Assembly: GCA_011052815.1 (NCBI GenBank)
Contig: DRIG01000092.1
Span: forward strand, 1,916 to 65,915
Direction of reading: 5' to 3'
Length of the DNA stretch: 64,000 bases
Source: a candidate division WOR-3 bacterium
GTDB lineage: Bacteria > Hydrothermota > Tepidihabitantia > SM23-42
Of the stretch, positions 58,989 through 64,000 are shown piece by piece. The notes beneath the pieces were generated by a model. The model worked only from the letters and a program-made list of their open reading frames with translations, was not told the origin of the DNA and did no database searches. The stretch's first letter is position 1. Every line of letters begins with the position of its first letter. The position numbers and the translations under genes are program-made.

Positions 58989-60776
58989 GTGTTATTTATG
59001 CTTATCCTTCTTTTTTCAATAAACGGACCCGTCGGGGACTCAGCAGAGGTAAGCCAGGACACGACGACTGCGGATTTAATAAAAATCTTTGAAATTCCGG
59101 ACATCATCCAGTTCGGGGATATCGAAAAAACAATATCCAGAACAGTACTTCCTGTTTATGAAACCGAGCCGTCGATTGAAGACATGGATCTGGGTGACCT
59201 GCTCTTCCGCACTCCCGCCGTGATTGCGAACCAGGGCAGGGGTCAATTTAAAAGCATCATCCGGCGGGGAACCCCCGCACAAACCCTGACCTTCTATTTG
59301 AACGGCCATCGCCTTACCGATCGGTTGAACAGCCGATTCAACCTCACCGACATACCGTTATACGCCCTTGAAGCTACTTCAACAGGTTTCAACCTCTTCG
59401 GTGATCCGATGATCGATCTCCGGACAAAAATAAACCGTTATGAAATTCCATTCTCTTACATTCGGGTCACAACCGGCGGTTTCGGTGCAACCGCCTATAA
59501 CATTGACTTTACAAGGGCGATTAACAATGACTTAGGACTGTATCTCAATGGATTATATCACACCTCTGCGGAAAACCGAGAAAATTCAGATTTCACCCTC
59601 AATTCGTTTTATACTGATCTCTATTATAATCAAATAGTACCGAGCCGTTTTGACTTTATTTACTCTTCAAATGAATACGGTTTTCCCGGAGACGACCTCG
59701 ATACACTCAACCGATCGTGTGTTGAAAAATTAACGGATGCATCTTTTGTCTTTGGAAGCGATAATCACCATATTGCATTTTACTACACAACCTACCACAG
59801 ACATTTCACAAATACGACATCACAGATCATATATTCTGATGATACAAGAACTACAGGAATCGATTTGGAAAACTACAATAAGGTAGGATTCTTCAATATA
59901 ATCTATCGACTCATCGGTGAGGCGTCTGGAGTGGAAAGCGATTTATGTAATACGCATAACTCTAAGACACTCCATCTCTGGACGGTCTTACATCTACCCT
60001 TCAATTCTTTCGACCTTTTCGCAGGAGACCGCAGTGAAACAGATAATTTCACCGACTTCCAGCACGCCCCTTTCCTCTACTCAATGGCTGAGCTTTATGA
60101 CTCGACATACATCTTCGGCAGGCTCGGACGGAATTACCGAAAACCATCGATATATGAAAGCTCTGCGCAACCCGCTCCGCCGTACTCTTCGATTAGAGGA
60201 GACCCATCTCTAAATCCTGAATACTGTTGGGTTCAGGAAGTCGGAATTCAGGGAAGACATTTTACAGTGGCCGTTTATAAATATCTTTTTGAAAATTTAA
60301 TCATTCTCCAACCCGATGGAGACGATATCTATCAACCGACCGCACTTGAATCATGGCGTTCCCTGGGGATTGAAAACTATTTCGATTCAAAATTGAAGAT
60401 TCGAAAGTGCCCCACCCGAAATTCAGAAACAGAGATCACCGTCGGATTCACGGGTAACCTCCTTATTGACGGAGATTCACTTCCTTTCATTCCAAAAGCC
60501 AACTCGAATCTGTTCGCATCCATCGTTATGAAAAGTGAAAAATTTTTATTCCGGGTCGACGCTGAAGGACAATTTTTCAGCAAAAGATTCGGGTACAACG
60601 GGGAAGAATTGGAACCGTTCCATACCCTTTCCATTACGGCAACCGCTCGATTCGTCACGCTCTCGTTTACTCTACGGACGGATAATATCCTGAATCAACA
60701 ATATAATTTTGTTCCTAATTATACAATGCCGCAGAGAAACTTCAATTTCACGATAAAATGGGAATTCTGGAATTGA
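58989..60776 (+). CDS. Outer-membrane beta-barrel protein, short TonB-dependent-receptor-like (plug-like N-terminus, aromatic C-terminus)
   Basis: FRTPAVIANQGRG...IRRG plug-like block. Ends ...FTIKWEFWN. Signal peptide present. Confidence 0.35.
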   Translation: MLFMLILLFSINGPVGDSAEVSQDTTTADLIKIFEIPDIIQFGDIEKTISRTVLPVYETEPSIEDMDLGDLLFRTPAVIANQGRGQFKSIIRRGTPAQTLTFYLNGHRLTDRLNSRFNLTDIPLYALEATSTGFNLFGDPMIDLRTKINRYEIPFSYIRVTTGGFGATAYNIDFTRAINNDLGLYLNGLYHTSAENRENSDFTLNSFYTDLYYNQIVPSRFDFIYSSNEYGFPGDDLDTLNRSCVEKLTDASFVFGSDNHHIAFYYTTYHRHFTNTTSQIIYSDDTRTTGIDLENYNKVGFFNIIYRLIGEASGVESDLCNTHNSKTLHLWTVLHLPFNSFDLFAGDRSETDNFTDFQHAPFLYSMAELYDSTYIFGRLGRNYRKPSIYESSAQPAPPYSSIRGDPSLNPEYCWVQEVGIQGRHFTVAVYKYLFENLIILQPDGDDIYQPTALESWRSLGIENYFDSKLKIRKCPTRNSETEITVGFTGNLLIDGDSLPFIPKANSNLFASIVMKSEKFLFRVDAEGQFFSKRFGYNGEELEPFHTLSITATARFVTLSFTLRTDNILNQQYNFVPNYTMPQRNFNFTIKWEFWN

Positions 60777-60777
60777 T

Positions 60778-61251
60778 ATGTTTATTCTGAGGGTTGATGA
60801 CCGTTTAATCCACGGCCAGGTCGTCGCCGGCTGGGCACGGCCCCTGGGTATTCGAGTATTAATCCTTGTCTCCGACAGAGTCTGTAAGGATGAATGGACC
60901 TGCAACGCCTACAAACTTGCGATTCCCGAGGGCATAGACTTTTTCTGCGTGGGGATAAATAAAAGTATCGCGGTGATCAATAAACAGAATAACAAGAATA
61001 TTATGGTCATCGTGGAATCAGTTCGTGAGGCGTACGATTTATTGAAGAAAGGTTTGAAGGTTAAAGAAGTCAATATCGGAGGCCTGGGGTATCGGGAAGG
61101 AACAAGGGAAATCGCTCCATACATCTATCTGTCGCCTGAAGATATCGACGCCGTGGTCGGCCTTTTTCAGATGGGTGTCAGGGTCATAGGAAAGCAGCTG
61201 CCGAACTCTTCCACCATCGACGTCGTAAAAACCCTGACAGGAGTGAAATGA
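60778..61251 (+). CDS. PTS mannose/sorbose-family EIIB component
   Basis: RVDDRLIHGQV phospho-histidine motif. Confidence 0.65.
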   Translation: MFILRVDDRLIHGQVVAGWARPLGIRVLILVSDRVCKDEWTCNAYKLAIPEGIDFFCVGINKSIAVINKQNNKNIMVIVESVREAYDLLKKGLKVKEVNIGGLGYREGTREIAPYIYLSPEDIDAVVGLFQMGVRVIGKQLPNSSTIDVVKTLTGVK

Positions 61252-63098
61252 TAAGATTCGCATTCTATATACATAATCACCAGCCCACCGGCAATTTCGA
61301 CGAAGTCTTCGAGAATGCCTATAAGTGGGCCTATCTGCCCCTGCTTAAATCATTATTGAAACACAAGAATATAAAATTCGGAATTCACAATTCGGGTATC
61401 CTCCTGGAATGGATTGAAAAGAAACACCCTGAATTCTTTGAAATGCTGAAAGAGAGTGTGAGAAACGGTCAATCAGAACTGCTTTCCTCTGCCTACGGTG
61501 AACCTGTTTTGAGTTTGATCCCCAGAAAAGATATCATCGAACAGATAAAGTACTTCAATGACTACCTCTATAAACACTTCAACTACCGGCCAAAAGGTCT
61601 CTGGTTGACTGAAAGGATATGGGAACCCGACCTGATTCATCCCCTTCTTGATGCAGGCATCGAATATATTCTGCTTGACGACACCCATTTCTTTTATGCC
61701 GGGTTGAAAGACGACGACCTCTATTCATATTACATAACTGAAGACGAAGGAAGAATCTTAAAAGTCTTTCCGATCTCGATGAAACTGCGTTATCTCATTC
61801 CATTCCATCCGATAACCGAAACAATCAAATTCCTCAAGGAAGAAGAAAAGAAGAAAAACAATTGCCTGCGGACCCTCGCCGATGACGGCGAAAAATTCGG
61901 GGTCTGGCCCGGAACCCATAATTGGGTTTATAAAAAGAAATGGCTCGATAACTTCCTGGATACGCTCGAAAAAGAGAGATGGATAAAACCCGTTCTTTTG
62001 AGCGAAATCGCCGAAGAACGACCTGCCGGCAGGGTCTATCTACCGACCTCTTCTTATGAAGAGATGGGAGAATGGGTTCTGCCGCCCGAATGCGGCAGAA
62101 ACTATGAAACCCTGAAAAAGAGTGTCGGAAGAAAATATTATTATCTCATCCACGGCGGCTATTTCAAAAATTTCCTGCGGAAATATCCGGAAGCCAACAT
62201 TATGCATAAAAGGATGCTCTTTGTTTCGAAAAACATCTCCCCGGATATCAAAGCGAAATTGTTTTTATGGAAGGGACAATGCTCCTGTGCATACTGGCAC
62301 GGACTCTTCGGCGGTCTCTATCTCCCCCACCTGCGTGAAGCGATATACAAAAATCTTATTCAAGCCGAAGAGTATGACATTCCGCAGATCTTTCAGGAAG
62401 TGGATTTTGACGTCGACGGTGAAAAAGAAATCCTGGTGTCAAACAATCAATTCTTCATCGTTCTTAAACCATCAACAGCCAGTTTTATCGAACTCGACGA
62501 CCGGAAGCGAAAGATGAATCTTCTGAATTATCTGAACCGTACAGAAGAAAAATATCACAAAAAACAGGGTACCGAGGATTTTATCTATGACAGATATCCA
62601 AGGAGTTTTGGGCTCGACCGCCTTTTGAAAGCCGTGCCCACCGCCGAAGACTTTCGATGCGGAAAGAATCTCGGTGAGATACTCAATTACAGAAAATACA
62701 CCGTCCTGGATAAAAAGAAACCTGCAATCAATTTTTCAGGTGAGATCGAAAAAACGATCACCTTCAGCGGAGCCGAGCAGAGAACGATCGAAATAAAGTA
62801 CAGCGGCGTCGTTGAAAAACTGGGAGTTGAATTCTCACTCGGTGTCTTCAGCACCAATCTTCGTCTCCAGAACAACCTCAGCTTGATGAAACCGCAGACA
62901 TTGAATAAAATAAAGACATTCACGATTCTGGCTGACAATTTCCATCCGCTGAAATTCAAAACGACAAGACCCTGCACTCTTCTCAGTTATCCGATTGAAA
63001 CGGTCTCCTCTTCTGAAAAGGGACTCGAAAAACTCTTTCAGGGTATCGGACTTCTTCTCATCTTCGACGATTTACCGACAATCCATATCACAATATGA
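61248..63098 (+). CDS. Glycoside hydrolase family 57 (alpha-glucan-active)
   Basis: N-terminal FAFYIHNHQPTGNF, WLTERIWEP and DDTHF blocks. Confidence 0.65.
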   Translation: MIRFAFYIHNHQPTGNFDEVFENAYKWAYLPLLKSLLKHKNIKFGIHNSGILLEWIEKKHPEFFEMLKESVRNGQSELLSSAYGEPVLSLIPRKDIIEQIKYFNDYLYKHFNYRPKGLWLTERIWEPDLIHPLLDAGIEYILLDDTHFFYAGLKDDDLYSYYITEDEGRILKVFPISMKLRYLIPFHPITETIKFLKEEEKKKNNCLRTLADDGEKFGVWPGTHNWVYKKKWLDNFLDTLEKERWIKPVLLSEIAEERPAGRVYLPTSSYEEMGEWVLPPECGRNYETLKKSVGRKYYYLIHGGYFKNFLRKYPEANIMHKRMLFVSKNISPDIKAKLFLWKGQCSCAYWHGLFGGLYLPHLREAIYKNLIQAEEYDIPQIFQEVDFDVDGEKEILVSNNQFFIVLKPSTASFIELDDRKRKMNLLNYLNRTEEKYHKKQGTEDFIYDRYPRSFGLDRLLKAVPTAEDFRCGKNLGEILNYRKYTVLDKKKPAINFSGEIEKTITFSGAEQRTIEIKYSGVVEKLGVEFSLGVFSTNLRLQNNLSLMKPQTLNKIKTFTILADNFHPLKFKTTRPCTLLSYPIETVSSSEKGLEKLFQGIGLLLIFDDLPTIHITI

Positions 63099-63739
63099 GT
63101 GTAATTCTGGTAACCATCATCGGCTCGGCGATCATTCTGGACAAATACGCCTTCGGAGAATTCGGCGTCTCCCAACCGCTCATTTCAGGCACCATTATCG
63201 GTGCTCTATTCGGAGACATCCAGACCGGTATCTTCCTCGGTGCGGTCTTCCAGTTGATATTTCTCGGCGGTCTGCCTATCGGACGGGACATACCGCCGGA
63301 CGGACAGGTTGCAGGTATCGTCGGAAGCGGTTCCTATTTTCTGCTGCAGGGATCAAACGGCGATGGCCACGCGCTGTTTGCAGCTGCGCTTTTCGCGCTT
63401 GTCGCCGCGGTGCTCGGCGGAGCCATGGAGATCATCACCCGTCGTTACAATGAAAGGTTGTATCATATATTTATGCACAAAGAAAACTGCCTCTATCTCT
63501 GCCATTTCCTGGGCATTGCAACGGCGTTCCTCAGGGGACTTTGTCTGTTTCTGCCGATCTTTTTGATCTCACGACTGATTACGATACCCTCGGGGTTCCC
63601 GCAGTTACAGCGTGAACTGCTGATCATCCTCGGTGTCAGCGTCGGCATTGCAAATGCGCTCTATCTCTTCTTCAAGAAATCAACGATCGTTTATGTAATA
63701 CTGGGAGGCTTATGCGGATTGGCTTTGCTCGTCTTTTAA
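63095..63739 (+). CDS. PTS mannose/sorbose-family EIIC component
   Basis: Polytopic protein. Start and stop overlap the neighbouring genes. Confidence 0.55.
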   Translation: MSVILVTIIGSAIILDKYAFGEFGVSQPLISGTIIGALFGDIQTGIFLGAVFQLIFLGGLPIGRDIPPDGQVAGIVGSGSYFLLQGSNGDGHALFAAALFALVAAVLGGAMEIITRRYNERLYHIFMHKENCLYLCHFLGIATAFLRGLCLFLPIFLISRLITIPSGFPQLQRELLIILGVSVGIANALYLFFKKSTIVYVILGGLCGLALLVF

Positions 63740-64000
63740 AAATCATATTATCAAGCTTTTTCATCCAGACATCATGGTCGTTCTTTTCAATGCAGGGGCT
63801 GGGATTCCTCTTCAATCTCATAAGCGGCGCGAAGAAGGACCAGCGTAATCAAATTATGAAGACACATAAAGAATTTTTCAATACCCATCCGTATATGGCT
63901 TCCTATATCATCGGAGCGACCTTACGGGCGTATGACGAAGAAAAAAAGAGCCTCGATGAGATAAAGAAATTCATCACGATCGCACAAACAAGTTTCGCTT
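63720..64000 (+). CDS. PTS mannose-family EIID component, N-terminal part (continues past the window end)
   Basis: RLLKIILSSFFIQTSWSFFSMQGLGF matches the IID N-terminus. Confidence 0.5.

Noticed and set aside
1-64000. tRNA and rRNA genes
   Set aside because: No cloverleaf-compatible segments or rRNA-like conserved stretches were recognised in any intergenic region by eye. A tRNAscan or Infernal run would be needed to be certain.

Overview
The window splits into two compositionally distinct parts. Bases 1 to about 16.75 kb are an AT-rich block of about 30% GC, transcribed entirely on the minus strand, that looks like a horizontally acquired defence island. Everything after that is a core chromosome of roughly 50% GC.

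The island carries a CRISPR-Cas-like effector module but no visible array: a Cas6 gene, a 944-aa HD-domain plus zinc-finger protein resembling a Cas10 large subunit, a 215-aa helical protein, and a further gene truncated at the window edge. It then carries a run of individually promoted genes. These are a small zinc-ribbon membrane protein, a 250-aa unknown, a SIR2-domain protein, a four-helix-bundle protein with host-like GC, a polytopic membrane protein, a stand-alone RNase HI and a 247-aa unknown. The island continues with an AlbA_2 (Schlafen-like) protein, a Type IIG restriction-modification nuclease-methyltransferase fusion, a RadC N-terminal-only helix-hairpin-helix (HhH) fragment and a GIY-YIG nuclease.

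Two sequence-level structures in the island are not explained by the genes. The first is a roughly 100-150 bp repeated element (terminator hairpin with compensatory stem changes, plus a conserved tail). One copy appears to be split by a compositionally distinct cas6 cassette, with AGTCAAG duplicated at both junctions. The second is a 17-nt motif, AATTTTTCATARGTGA, found six times upstream of consecutive island genes.

The core region encodes housekeeping functions typical of an anaerobic bacterium of the Fibrobacteres-Chlorobi-Bacteroidetes (FCB) group, judging by two type IX secretion system (T9SS) C-terminal-domain cargo proteins. These include coaE, fabF, acpP and fabG; a citrate synthase / LeuCD-type split aconitase / isocitrate dehydrogenase (IDH) cluster; der, plsY and gpsA; a Xer recombinase, HU, PFK and RadC; a membrane pyrophosphatase, nadE, PolX and rlmN; a ferredoxin:NADP oxidoreductase (NfnAB)-like pair; and two adjacent zinc-ribbon adenylate cyclase genes. 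There is also an outer-membrane-barrel / PTS IIB / GH57 / PTS IIC / IID operon. A second small low-GC islet (43.65-47.76 kb) holds a paralogous Type IIG RM enzyme translationally coupled to a divergent DprA-like protein. No tRNA, rRNA or CRISPR array was found.
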